Notes: generated by a model not told the origin, from the letters alone. A stretch of DNA of 64,000 bases from Eledone cirrhosa (GCA_964016885.1 OZ024756.1:19282001-19346000), one strand, 5' to 3'; positions 1 through 13,530 are shown, numbered from the stretch's first letter. Made by a program: numbers and translations.

Positions 1-587
1 GACCTCCTGGATGGAAGTGATGAGAGATGACCTCCTGGATGGAAGTGGTGAGAGATGACCTCCTGGATGGAAGCAGTGAGAGCTGATCTCCTGGATGGAA
101 GTGGTGAGAGATGACCTCCTGGATGGAAGTGGTGAGAGATGACCTCCTGGATGGAAGCGGTGAGAGATGACCTCCTGGATGGAAGTGGTGAGAGATGACC
201 TCCTGGATGGAAGTGGTGAGAGATGACCTCCTGGATGGAAGCGGTGAGAGATGACCTCCTGGATGGAAGTGGTGAGAGATGACCTCCTGGATGGAAGTGG
301 TGAAAGTTGACCTCCTGGATGGAAGCGGTGAGAGCCGACCTCCTGGATTGAAGTGGTGAGAGATGACCTCCTGGATGGAAGTGGTCAGAGCTGATCTCCT
401 GGATGGAAGTGGTGAGAGATGACCTCCTGGATTGAAGTGGTGAGAGATGACCTCCTGGATGGAAGCGGTGAGAGATGACCTCCTGGATGGAAGTGGTGAG
501 AGCTGACCTCCTGGATGGAAGTGGTGAGAGTTTACTTCCTGAATTGAAGTGGTGAGAGATGACCTCCTGGATGGATATGGTGAGAGA
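1..587. repeat. 28-bp tandem minisatellite (GACCTCCTGGATGGAAGTGGTGAGAGAT)n, ~21 copies, runs off the window start
   Basis: Unit directly visible with few substitutions. Confidence 0.95.
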
Positions 588-597
588 CTAGAAGATA

Positions 598-1100
598 ATT
601 GTTTCTACAAGGCCAGCAATTTGAAGGGGCGAGGAAAGTCGATTAAAACGACCCAAGTGTATTACTGGTACTTTATTTTATCATCCCCGTAAGGATGAAA
701 GGCAAAGTTAACCTCAGCGAGATTTGAACTCAGATCATAAAGGCCCATAACTCTATGCTGCAACGCATTGGTGTTAGACGCTCAACCAATACTTGTTTCT
801 ACTTTAGGCACAAGGCCAGCAATTACCCAGTGCATTACTGGTACTTTATTTTTTCGACCCCCGTAAGGATGAAAGGCAAAGTCAACCTCGGCGGGATTTG
901 AACTCAGATCGTAAAGGGACGTAACTATGCTGGAAAGCATGGCGTCCGACCCTCTACCGATACTGCCAATCCACCGCCCTGAGTTCAGATCCCGCCAAGG
1001 TTAGCTTAGCCTTTCATCCTTACGGGGTCGATAAAATTAACCACCAGTAATGCGCTGGAGTGGATTTAATCAATTTTCCCCTCCCACAAAATTGCTCAAC
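598..1100 (-). mobile_element. Cluster of tRNA-derived SINE family A copies (two on -, one partial on +)
   Basis: Sense strand reads GGCGGTGGATTGGCAGTATCGGTAG (A box) ... GAGTTCAAATCC (B box) ... GCCTTTCATCCTTACGGGGTCGATAAAATAAAGTACCAG ... GTAGAAACAAT. More than 15 copies in the window, e.g. 2930-3140, 3250-3428, 4925-5104, 10778-11250, 15618-15795, 17206-17580, 38344-38520, 39015-39225, 54228-54440, 60553-60930. Central part resembles the Meta-SINE domain from memory. Confidence 0.88.
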
Positions 1101-1264
1101 CAAGACGCTCAACCAATACTGCCAATCCAAAGATAATGATTAAGAGAATGCCCAGTCCACCAGCAGAAACATTTCAGCCAGCAACCACTGACCATTGACC
1201 TAAACAAATGATAACAACCTCAATTCTGGATTTATTGATATTTATATATAACAGAATATATAGA

Positions 1265-2027
1265 TTTTTCGTTTCTGAATTTGTTTAGCAAGATTCTTTA
1301 TCTGAAATCGTGTGTTGAAACTGATATTGTTATACTTTGGGAGGGTCATGTTGCCAATAAGAAACACACGCACCAGTTGCTTTCACTTCAATTTATTATA
1401 TATTTATAAATTTATAAATTTACAAATCTACAAATTTATAAATTTCTGGTTGGTTGGTTGGTTGGTTCCACAACCAGATAGTTGTTTATATATAGTCATA
1501 GTCCTTTCGTCACACACTCTGTGACCTCTTCAGTGACTGGGGATTCCTTTCTTTGTTTCTGTGCCTTTCCTTTCTTCTGTCCTACGCCATTTTGTTTCTG
1601 TGTGTGTGTTGTGTGCTCAGTTTGCGCATGCGCCACATCCGGGTGTCTGTGTGTGTTTGTGTTCATTTATCTATTTGTTTATTTATTTATTTACATGTTG
1701 TTGTAAATAAAGGATGTGGCGCATGCGCAAACTGAGCACACAACACACACACAGAAACAAAATGGCGTAGGACAGAAGAAATGAAAGGCACAGAAACAAA
1801 GAAAGGAATCCCCAGTCACTGAAGAGGTCACAGAGTGTGTGACGAAAGGACTATGACTATATATAAACAACTATCTGGTTGTGGAACCAACCAACCAACC
1901 AGAAATTTATAAATTTGTAGATTTGTAAATTTATAAATTTATAAATATATAATAAATTGAAGTGAAAGCAACTGGTGCGTGTGTTTCTTATTGGCAACAT
2001 GACCCTCCCAAAGTATAACAATATCAG
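1265..2027. mobile_element. Penelope-like terminal-repeat relic, family A, fold-back structure with TSD
   Basis: Inverted arms 1321-1640 / 1712-2027; CAGAATATATAGA duplicated at 1252-1264 and 2025-2037; hammerhead motif in each arm; second copy at 12736-13331. Confidence 0.8.
1814..1858 (+). ncRNA. Type I hammerhead ribozyme motif, family A (mirror copy on - at 1494-1538)
   Basis: AGTCA-CTGAAGA-g-GTCACA(gagtg)TGTGAC-GAAA-ggaC-TA-TGACT; stem I AGTCA/TGACT, core boxes intact, minimal stem III. Confidence 0.8.
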
Positions 2028-2104
2028 AATATATAGAATTTTACAAGTAATTTCAGATGAAAAACATGAAAATCATAAATGGAGGAATAAATAGTACCAG
2101 ACAC

Positions 2105-2898
2105 TGAACATCATAATGGTTTCTGGTTTAGGCACACGGCCAACCATTTTGGGGCAGGGGGGAAATTGATTAAATCAACCCCAGCACATTACTGGTACTT
2201 TATTGAACATCATAATGGTTTCTGGTTTAGGCACACGGCCAACCATTTTGGGGAGAGGGGGGAAATTGATTAAATCAACCCCAGCACATTACTGGTACTT
2301 TATTGAACATCATAATGGTTTCTGGTTTAGGCACACGGCCAACCATTTTGGGGCAGGGGGGAAATTGATTAAATCCACCCCAGCACATTACTGGTACTTT
2401 ATTGAACATCATAATGGTTTCTGGTTTAGGCACACGGCCAACCATTTTGGGGGAGGGGGGAAATTGATTAAATCCACTCCAGCACATTACTGGTACTTTA
2501 TTGAACATCATAATGGTTTCTGGTTTAGGCACACGGCCAACCATTTTGGAGGAAGGGGGAAATTGATTAAATCAACCCCAGCACATTACTGGTACTTTAT
2601 TGAACATCATAATGGTTTCTGGTTTAGGCACAAGGCCAACCATTTTGGAGGAGGGGGGAAATTGATTAAATCAACCCCAGCACATTACTGGTACTTTATT
2701 GAACATCATAATGGTTTCTGGTTTAGGCACACGGCCAACCATTTTGGGGGAGGGGGGAAATTGATTAAATCAACCCCAGCACATTACTGGTACTTTATTG
2801 ATCATCATAATGGTTTCTGGTTTAGGCACACGGCCAACCATTTTGGGGGAGGGGGGAAATTGATTAAATCCACTCCAGCACATTACTGGTACTTTATT
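2105..2898. repeat. ~99-bp tandem repeat x8 derived from the 3' part of SINE family A
   Basis: Unit contains TTTAGGCACACGGCC...CCCCAGCACATTACTGGTACTTTAT; explains the 33-aa periodic ORF 2203-2913. Confidence 0.9.
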
Positions 2899-3547
2899 TT
2901 ATCAATCCCATAATATATATGATAATAATTTTTCTACTTTAGGCACAAGGCCAGCAATTTTGTGGGAGGGGAAAATTGATTAAATCCACTCCAGCGCATT
3001 ACTGGTGGTTAATTTTATCGACCCCCGTAAGGATGAAAGGCAAAGTTAACCTTGGCGGGATCTGAACTCAGATTGTAAAGAGGCGTAACACTATGCCATA
3101 AAGCATATTGTCCGACACTCTACCAATACTTCCAATCTACCAACCCTTTAGATTGGTTGGTATCGGTAGAGCGTTGAACAATCTGCTTTATGGCATAGGG
3201 TTACATCCCTTTACGATCTGAGTTCAAATATAATATATAATAATAATAATTGTTTCTACGTTTGACACAAGGCCAGCAATTACCCAGTGCATTACTGGTA
3301 CTTTATTTTATCGACCCCGTAAGGATGAAAGGCAAAGTTAACCTTGGCGGGATTTGAACTCAAACCATAAAGGGCCGTAACTCTTTGGTGCAAAGCATGG
3401 CGTCCGACCCTCTACCGATACTGCCAAATATAAATACATCACATGCACACACACACACACATACACATACATACATATATATAAACTACAGTCGGGACTT
3501 TGAAGAAAAGATAGGTATATTTTTGTCTATTATTTCCTCATATTTTG

Positions 3548-3608
<61 letters not shown>

Positions 3609-4838
3609 AATTAGTATATATAGTAACATATATACACAGATGCATACTTATGTTAGCAAATATATAAGTTTTGTTTTAGTAACTATGTGGTTCAATGCAT
3701 GGGGTTGCAGAACAATAATAGTTAATTTTATAATTTTCTTATTTTACGTCTCTCATATATATATATATATATATATGTACCACCTGGACGTGTAAAAGAC
3801 ACGGCAAAAAGCACCCTGCCCACACTGTAAAGTGGGCATGTAAAAGACACAGCAAAAAGCACCCAGCCCACATTGTCAATGTGGTTGGCGTTAGGAAGGG
3901 CATCCAGCCATAGAAAATCAGCCAGAAAAACCTCTATATGAGCAAAACACGGTCACCTGACCCAACTTGCCTCTAAATGGGACCCGTTTAACCCATGCTA
4001 GCGATGATGATGATATATATATATATACATGCCCTCACACATATATATACACACATAAGTGTACATGCCCTCACATATATACACATGCACAAACACACAT
4101 AGACAGACACACACGCACACATAACTACATGCCCTCATACACAGACACACACACACACACACATGTAGGATGTACTGTAATACTGTTCCACCAGTTTTAC
4201 ATACTAGCTGTTCCACTAGTAATACATGAGCCTACACAGACACACACACACCTCCACACAGACCCCCCCCACACACACACATAGACCCCCCCCCCCCCCA
4301 ACACACATGTAGGATGTACTTTAATACTGTACCAACAGTTCTACACAGTAGCTGATTCCACCAGTAATTTTAAGTGAGATAATGCTTTTAATCAATAACA
4401 CACATTAATTTTTTTTAAAAATTATATAAATATATTGGGGGGGGGGGTATTATTTTATTACCTTATTTGTTTTTCTATAATTTTATTTTATTTTTTATTT
4501 TATTTTTATTATTTTATTTTTTATCTTATTATTTTATATTTTATTTGTATATTATTTTTTATTTTATTTTTATTTTATTTTATTTTTATTTGTATTTTAA
4601 TTGTATATTTTATCTTTTATTTCATTTTATTTCATTTGTATTTTATTTCAAATTATTACTTGTTCCTAGTATTCCAGTTAGGATGTTTGTTATCTGTCTT
4701 TAGATGTCTGTGTCTCACATGCTCACTTTTAAACACTTAAACTGAACTACTATTGATCAGCTGTGAGGAATTGTATAACCAATATTCGGTCGCTACTTAG
4801 CCCAACTCGTTACCATATTCCTAGTGAAATATACACTT

Positions 4839-5821
4839 TTAACCCTTTAGCATTTACGCTATTCTGAGAATGGTTTAATATACAGGAATCATTTGGTTAT
4901 TATAAATAGAATATAACAATAATAATTGTTTCTACTTTCAGCACAAGGCCAGCAATTATCCCAGTGCATTACTGACACTTTATTTTATCGACCCCGTAAG
5001 GATGAAAGGCAAAGTTAACTTCGGTGGGATTTGAACTCAGATCATAAAGGAAGGTAACTCTATGCTTCAAAAGCATGGCACCGACCCTTACCGATACTGC
5101 CAATGGTAAACATACACATACTCATACACCAGGTCAAAACACAGAGGAGCCAAACCCACTGTCATCACCTCCATCTCTCTCGCCCTCCCCATTACACACA
5201 CGTACACCAGGGTCAGAACACAGAGGAGCCGAACTCCCACTGTCATCACCTCCATCTCTCTCGCCCTCCCCATTGCACACACGTACACCAGGGTCAAAAC
5301 ACAGAGGAGCCAAACTCCCACTGTCATCACCTCCATCTCTCTCGCCCTCCCCATTACACACACATACACCAGGGTCAGAACACAGAGGAGCCAAACTCCC
5401 ACTGTCATCGCCTCCACTTCTCTTGCCCTCTCCATCTCTCACTATTATGAGAGCAAATGGGGTCCCATGTGCTGGCCGCCCTGCAACCCTGACGGACAGA
5501 GTAGCGAAGGTATTTCCCTGGAGGATGGTAAGGGAGATGCGCTGGATGAGCCATTCCATCTGGCGAGGCTCGCACCTGTGGCTTGCCAGCTCTGCACCTA
5601 TGGTGGTAAGTAGGGAGGTAGCCCTAAGGCCAAGGACACCAGAATTTCACGGTAAAGGCTTTATCTCACATAATATCGAATCTATGAGATTTTGATATTA
5701 TTTATTTTGAGAACAATACCTTAACATCAATCAGTATAAGTGGCCAGGTACAGCCGGTTAAAACAGAAAGAGGTGAGAGAATTCTGGCTGGATATGGCTA
5801 GTTTAAATGTTAAAGGGTTAA
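4839..5821 (+). mobile_element. Interrupted piggyBac-type MITE containing a SINE and a CRE-like LINE 3' end
   Basis: TTAACCCTTTAG at 4839 and TAAAGGGTTAA at ~5811-5821; MITE body resumes at ~5644. Confidence 0.65.
5125..5643 (-). mobile_element. CRE-clade-like non-LTR retrotransposon 3' end with ~81-bp x4 tandem 3'UTR
   Basis: Minus translation SGVLGLRATSLLTTIGAELASHRCEPRQMEWLIQRISLTILQGN fits the restriction-like endonuclease C-terminus (ET.G..G ... QRIS....RGN); same family at 10000-10400, 43730-43950, 46680-46850. Confidence 0.7.
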
Positions 5822-6344
5822 ATACTCTTCTACTGTTTAACAGGATCCATCTGATCTGATGGGTTGAGGCCATGCTGGATCAGGTCTACGATTTTGTTTT
5901 TTATCAATATGTTAAATAATCAATATGTATTTGTGTTTGCAAGGTTTTTGATATGAAATCCTGTGTTGAAAGAGATATTGTTATATTTGGGGAGGGTTAT
6001 GTAGTTATTATACTGCCAGAAAAATATAGTAAAACACACTCATTGCTGTTTTAACAGCTTCCTTATGCTGAGTTTTTCCATTATCCTACAAATTCTAATA
6101 CACTCGCATTTTCAAAACTTAATATTCGAGTTCATTTTGTTTATACCTTATCATAGCTATTGTAGCCTTATATTCCAGCTTGATACCATGCTTAAGGTGA
6201 GTTGTCTTTTTTTCAAGCTGCTGATTTCTATCCTTCAAGCTGCTGATTTCTATTCTTCGAGGTAATGTTTTACCCAACACCATTTTGGCGGCACTTTGCT
6301 GTTTTAACAGCTTCCTTACACTGAGTGAGGGACTGGATGCTTGG

Positions 6345-7910
6345 AGAGGAGATGGGCACTGCCAAGCTTTTCTAAGGCCCCTTGAAATGCCAAGATGGAC
6401 AACACAGTCTAACATCTACAGTAGCACCCTAAAAAGTGGTTGCACCAGTTACAAGGAGATGGGCACTGCCATGTATTTCTAAGGCCTATTAAAATGCCAT
6501 GATAGACATAGTCAAACATCTAGAGTGGCCCCCTAACTATTGGCTGCACCAGTTACTGGGAGATGGGTGCAACTAAATATTTCTAAGGCCCACTGTAATG
6601 CCAAGATGGACAACACAGTCAAACATCTAGAGTAGGGGCATGCAACAGGCGGCCCGCAGGCGACAATCTGGCCCACCAGACCAGTCAGAGTGGCCCATGA
6701 TGACTGTTTTTAATTTTTACCTTGTAGGCTTATTTAGAATTTTTTTTGTAACCATAATATAATTTTCTGTTAGTTGACCTATACTAAAGGGCTTCACTGA
6801 TAGGGTTATGTGTGTTATAATTTCCCAGTTGACCTATAGTAAAGGGCTTCACTGATAGGGTTATGTGTGTTATAATTTCCCAGTTGACCTATACTAAAGG
6901 GCTTCACTGATAGGGTTATGTGTGTTATAATTTCCTAGTTGACCTATAGTAAAGGGCTTCACTGATAGGGTTATGTGTGTTATAATTTCCCAGTTGACCT
7001 ATACTAAAGGGCTTCACTGATAGGGTTATGTGTGTTATAGTTTCCCAGTTGACCTACACTAAAGGGCTTCACTGATAGGGTTATATGTGTTATAGTTTCC
7101 CAGTTGACCTACACTAAAGGGCTTCACTGATAGGGTTATATGTGTTATAATTTCCCAGTTGACCTATAGTAAAGGGCTTCACTGATAGGGTTATGTGTGT
7201 TATAGTTTCCCAGTTCCATGTTATGGAAAGAAGTTGTGGAGAATCTTTGGAATAGTGCTTAATAAATATTAATGGCCCTAATAGTTGTTCCAATGTTCAA
7301 AAGTAGCCCACCAATGGAATATGTTGCACACCCCTGATCTAGAGTGACTCCCTAACTACTGGCTGCACCAGTTACTGGGAGATGGTCACAACTAAATATT
7401 TCTAAGGCTCACTGAAATGCCAAGATGCACAACACGGTCAAACATCTAGAGTGACTCCCTAACTACTGGCTGCACCAGTTACTGGGAGATGGTCACAACT
7501 AAATATTTCTAAGGCTCACTGAAATGCCAAGATGCACAACACGGTCAAACATCTAGAGTGACTCCCTAACTACTGGCTGCACCAGTTACTGGGAGATGGT
7601 CACAACTAAATATTTCTAAGGCTCACTGAAATGCCAAGATGCACAACACGGTCAAACATCTAGAGTGACACCCTAACTACTGGCTGCACCAGTTACTGGG
7701 AGATGGGCTCAACTAAATATTTCTAAGGCTCACTGAAATGCCAAGATGCACAACACGGTCAAACATCTAGAGTGACACCCTAACTACTGGCTGCACCAGT
7801 TACTGGGAGATGGGCTCAACTAAATATTTCTAAGACCCTTTGAAATGACATAATGGACACAGTCAAACATCTTGTGTGGCACCCTAACAACTGGCTGCAT
7901 CAGTTAAGGG
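6345..7910. repeat. ~109-bp tandem repeat interrupted by a hAT MITE
   Basis: Unit ...CAAACATCTAGAGTGACACCCTAACTACTGGCTGCACCAGTTACTGGGAGATGG... on both sides of 6633-7336. Confidence 0.9.
6633..7336 (+). mobile_element. hAT (Charlie-type) MITE with internal 53-bp tandem array (~8 units)
   Basis: Termini TAGGGGCATGCAAC / GTTGCACACCCCTG; perfect 8-bp TSD ATCTAGAG (6625-6632, 7337-7344); inverted sister copy at 53605-54033. Confidence 0.9.
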
Positions 7911-7976
7911 AACGTTATTGACTGATTGTTTGAAAAATCAGTTAAGAAAAGGTTCTTAGAAAAAATTGTAAACAGG

Positions 7977-8634
7977 TTTAACTCTTCAGCATTTACATTA
8001 CTCTCTATATATTATTGTATTTTCTCGGTAAACACTTTGATTCACATAATTATCTCACATAATATTGAATCTATGAGATTTTGATATTATTTATTTTGAG
8101 AACAATACCTTAACATCAGTATGAGCGGCTGATTACAGCTGGTTTGAACAGAAAGATGTGAAAGAATTCTGGCTGGATACGACCAGTTTTAACCTTTAGT
8201 ATTTACATTACTCTATATATATATATACTATTGTATTTTCTTGGTAAACACTTTGTTTCACATAATTATCTCACATAATATTGAATCTATGAGATTTTGA
8301 TATTATTTATTTTGAGAACAATACCTTAACATCAGTATGAGCGGCTGATTACAGCTGGTTTGAACAGAAAGATGTGAAAGAATTCTGGCTGGATACGACC
8401 AGTTTTAACCTTTAGTATTTACATTACTCTATATATATACTATTGTATTTTCACGGTAAACACTTTGTTTCACATAATTATCTCACATAATATTGAATCT
8501 ATGAGATTTTGATATTATTTATTTTGAGAACAATACCTTAACATCAGTATGAGTGGCTGATTACAGCCACTTTGAACAGATAGAGGTCAGAGAATTCTGG
8601 CCAAATATAGCCGGTTTAAATGCTAAAGGGTTAA
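7977..8634 (+). mobile_element. Three head-to-tail copies of the ~230-bp piggyBac-type MITE
   Basis: Body matches 19037-19264; ends CTAAAGGGTTAA. Confidence 0.85.
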
Positions 8635-9558
8635 ATTTTAAAATAAACACTTTAAAACATTTCCTTTCATTATTGAACTAGGGTTGGTATCAAGAAGGTT
8701 AAACATGTATGTATATGTATGTCAATATCGGGTGTGTGTATGTGTACGTATATCTTGATGTGTGTGAGTATTTCTTTACAGCTATCTCCATAAGCTTCTG
8801 TGTTTGTGTGTGTATATGTGTGTGCTTGTGAATGTTTTGGTGTATGTGTGTGTATGTGTGTGTATTTATATGTGTATGTGTGTGTATGCGTGTGTATTTA
8901 TATGTGTATGTGTGTGTGCAAGCATATATATATATGCATGTGTGTTGTGTATGTGTATGTGTGTATGTGTGCGCAAGCATGCGTGTGTGTCTATGTTTGT
9001 GTGTATATGTATGTGTGTGTCTATGTGTATGTTTATGTGTGTATGTGTGTACAAGCATGTGTGTGTCTATATTTGTGTGTGTATGTGTGCGCAAGAAAGC
9101 ATGTGTATATATGTGTATGTGTATGTATGTATGTGTGTGAGTGTCTTTATATCTTGTTACTCCTCCAAGATTTTGTTGTTGTTGTTTTTTGGCTTAAGTG
9201 GTGTTTTCGTAGTAAAATACAAAATGTAATGCAGAAATGAAAGATATATTTTTTTTTTCTTTAAAATATTAATATCTTGGAAAAAAGTATTAGAAATCTT
9301 AATGGGCTGCTCAGTTTTTAAATAACTTCTTCAAGTTTTTTTCAGTAGATTTGTCAGTAGAAATGAAATTACTAAGAAAAGATTGACTTTAAAATCTGAG
9401 GTAAATATAGTAATAGTTCACACAGTGAATGTTGAAATTTCAACAAGTAGAAAAAATTTTACAATTTTATGTGTATATATATATGTATTTATGTGTGTAT
9501 ATATATATATATATGATATATATATGATATATGATATGATATATATATATATATATAT

Positions 9559-9590
<32 letters not shown>

Positions 9591-9614
9591 TTAACGTCCA
9601 TCATCCACGCTACA

Positions 9615-9716
9615 TACAGGGTGTCCCAAAAAATGTATACACACTTCAACAGCATTCTAATAAATATTGCCTGTACGGGTAATCAAAATGTGTATACATT
9701 TTTGGGACACCCTGTA
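9615..9716. mobile_element. ~100-bp Tc1/mariner-type MITE
   Basis: TA-CAGGGTGTCCCAAAAAATGTATACAC ... GTGTATACATTTTTGGGACACCCTG-TA; related copies 20418-20520 and 39482-39563. Confidence 0.85.
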
Positions 9717-9999
9717 TATATAAATATATATAGAGATATAGATATATGTGTGTGTGTGTTGTGACAACTTTCACACAAATGTTGAAAATCAATAACTTTC
9801 ACTTTTTTTTAGATATTCTTTTATACTGTCAGAAGGATTTTAAAGTATGTCTTTCTGTTGACTAGGTACAAAGACAGTTTCTTCTGCATTTTTAATCTAA
9901 AATATACTTTTATTTTGAATTTTCACTTGTAAAACTATCCCACTTTTGCTGTAATTTTTGTTTTATAATTGTATAACTGCTAATCTACTCCAGCAGCAA

Positions 10000-10400
10000 C
10001 CTGGTGCAGTCTACAACTAACCCAGCCTCTGCTGCACTTCAAACTGAGGAGGAGGGTAAACTCTCCAACTATTGGTCGTTCTCCAACAGGTTTGCAGTCG
10101 AGCCCCTAGCAGTGGAGACTTCTGGTGTCCTTGGCCCTATGGTTACCTCCCTACTCACTACAATAGGCGCTGAGCTGGCGAGCCGCAGGTGTGAGCCTTG
10201 CGAGATGGAACGGCTCTTCCAGTGAATCTCCCTCACCATCCTCTGGGGGAAACGCCTTCTTTATTCTCTCCACCGGGGCCATGGAGTAGCCAGCATGTGT
10301 AACCCCATTTGCTCAAAATAGTGAGAGATGGAGAAGGCAAGAAAGATGGAGGCGATGACAGTGGGAGTCTGGCTACTCTGCATTCAGACCTGGTGTACAT
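10000..10400 (+). mobile_element. CRE-like LINE 3' fragment (restriction-like endonuclease remnant)
   Basis: ASAALQTEEEGKLSNY...FAVEPLAVETSGVLGP...MERLFQ*ISLTIL. Confidence 0.7.
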
Positions 10401-11990
10401 GCATGTGTGTGTTTGCTTCTATTCATTCGATATGACAGTAACTTATACCGGATTTAAGGACAAGGCTATAATTTCTTATTATTTTTTTCAGCAGGAGCGG
10501 GGGGGGGGGGGGGGGGGTAGCTGATTGAATTAAAACCAACACCTTTGCCAAACAAAGGGTTAGGGTTACCCTTCAGTCAGTGCCAGATTAAGGACAAATG
10601 AGGCCTTGTGTTAGTTAAGTTATGAGGCCTCAAACATTTGAAAAATTCATCGTAATAATCTACAACAGGAAACTCAGAGTAACAATTTGTGAAGCCACTA
10701 TACATGCACTTTTGATGAGTTGTAGTGCACCTGAGTACTGTACACAAAAACTTTCATTATTATCATTATTATCAGCTGGATTGGCAGTATTGGTAGAGGG
10801 TCGGACGCCATGCTTTGACGCATAGAGTTACGGCCCTTGCCATTCTGAGTTCAAATCCCGCCGAGGTTTACTTTGCCTTTCATCCTTACAGGGTCGATAA
10901 AATAAAGTACCAGTAATACACTGGGATAATTTCTGGCATTGTGTCAAAAGTAGAAACAATTATTATCATTATTATCTCTTTGCCTTTCATCCTTACAGGG
11001 TCGATAAAATAAAGTACCAGTAATGTACTGGGTAATTGCTGGCCTTGAGCCAAAAGTAGAAACAATTATCTCTAAAGAGCGGTGAATTTGCAGTATCGGT
11101 AGAGGGGCAGACGCCATGCTTTCCAGCATAGAGTTCCGTCCCTTCACGTTCTCAGTTCAAATCCCGCCGAGGTTAACTTTGCCTTTCATCCTTACGGGGT
11201 CGATAAAATAAAGTACCAGTAATTGGTGGCCTTGTGCCAAAAGTAGAAACATTTATCATTATTATCTCTTATACTTTTAGTTTCAATATAGTTTCAATAT
11301 TGTTTCAATATAGTTTCAATATTGTTTCAATATTCAACTGAGTACTGTTTACTCCATCTAGTTTGTACCGGTATGCCTCCAGATACGGTTATGTTGTCGC
11401 CATTATTATCAGATTCTTTTTTTTTTTCACTTGCTGGCATGGACATATGCAGACACTCATACTCAGACAAAGACATACACACACACTCTCACACAGACAC
11501 ACAAACACTCATAGACACACACACACACACAGAGAAAAACACACACAGACACACAAACACTCATAGACACACAGACACACACACACACACAGAAAAACAC
11601 AGACACACACTCACACACAGACACACAAACAATCATAGACACACACACACACACAAACAATCATAGTCACACAGACACACACACAGAAAAACACACACAC
11701 AAACAATCATAGGCACACACACACACACACACACACACAGAGAAAAACACACACACAAACAATCATAGACACACACACACACAGAAAAACACAGACACAC
11801 ACACTCACACACAAACAATCATAGACACACACACAGTTACACACAGAGACAAACAAATATACACACAGGCAATCATAGACAATCATAGATGCACATATAC
11901 ATTCACACACGGGCAATCATAGACAATCATAGACACACACAGATATCCACACTTATACACACGGACACACACACACTTACAGACACTCAC

Positions 11991-12168
<178 letters not shown>

Positions 12169-12357
12169 ATGTATACCAACAGATGACAATAACAGACAAA
12201 GAGACATCATTTGCAATATATATATATGTGTGTGTGTGTGTGTGTCTATATATGAGTGTCTGTATATGGACGTTAAACGATGATGATGTTGATATACATA
12301 CATACTTACATATATAGATATATACATATATACATATATACATATATACATATATAC

Positions 12358-12398
<41 letters not shown>

Positions 12399-12676
12399 TC
12401 TTAATCTATTTGTGTATTGGTGCAGTCTAAATATAGAAGAGATCAGCTATGATAGTATCAGTCCATCTCTTAGTGAAGAGCAAATGTGAAGTGGGCAAGC
12501 GAGAGAGAAAGAGAGGGAGGTGGAGAGACAGGCAGACATCGTATGCTATGAAATTACTATTAACATGAACTATTCCTGTTTATCCCAATAGATTTAAGCC
12601 ACGATCTATCTGTCTCTTTTCTCTTCTTTTAGATTCTCATCCAAACTACCACGCAAGACTTCATACAGTCTCTCTT

Positions 12677-12735
<59 letters not shown>

Positions 12736-12737
<2 letters not shown>

Positions 12738-13331
12738 CGTTTCTGAATTTGTTTAGCAAGATTCTTTATCTGAAATCGTGTGTTGAAACCGATATTGTTA
12801 TACTTTGGGAGGGTCATGTTGCCAATAAGAAACACACGCACCAGTTGCTTTCACTTCAATTTAATTTATTAAATATTTATAAGTTTACAAATTTATAAAT
12901 TTATAAATTTCTGGTTGGTTGGTTGGTTCCACAACCAGATAGTTGTTTATATATATATAGTCATAGTTCTTTCGTCACACACTCTGTGACCTCTTCAGTG
13001 ACTGGGGATTTCTTTCTTCGTTTCTGTGCCTTTCCTTTCTTCTATCCTACGCCATTTTGTTTCAAAAATGGCGTAGGATAGAAGAAAGGAAAGGCACAGA
13101 AACAAAGAAAGGAATCCCCAGTCACTGAAGAGGTCACAGAGTGTGTGACGAAAGAACTATGACTATATATATATAAACAACTATCTGGTTGTGGAACCAA
13201 CCAACCAACCAGAAATTTATAAATTTATAAATTTGTAAACTTATAAATATTTAATAAATTAAATTGAAGTGAAAGCAACTGGTGCGTGTGTTTCTTATTG
13301 GCAACATGACCCTCCCAAAGTATAACAATAT
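12736..13331. mobile_element. Second family A fold-back relic in (TA)n; hammerhead on + at 13120-13164
   Basis: Arms ~12791-13058 / 13065-13331 with ~6-nt spacer; flanked by (TA)n on both sides. Confidence 0.8.
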
Positions 13332-13381
13332 ATATATATATATATATATATCTTTCTTACTCTCTCTCTCTCTCTCTCTCT

Positions 13382-13438
<57 letters not shown>

Positions 13439-13530
13439 TACATACATACACACACATATATATATATACACATACTTATTGTTCATCATTGTTTAACATC
13501 TATTTTCCAGGGTAGCATGGGTATACACAT

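Noticed and set aside
4700-4822. Minus-strand coding exon
   Set aside because: Stops in all three frames after the putative acceptor
6119-6415. 98-aa minus ORF as a host exon
   Set aside because: Starts in a satellite, has no convincing splice sites, and adjoins a decayed family A-like 3' end (5930-6000)
8699-9240. YI/HT/CV-rich ORFs throughout the window
   Set aside because: Dinucleotide repeats lacking stops
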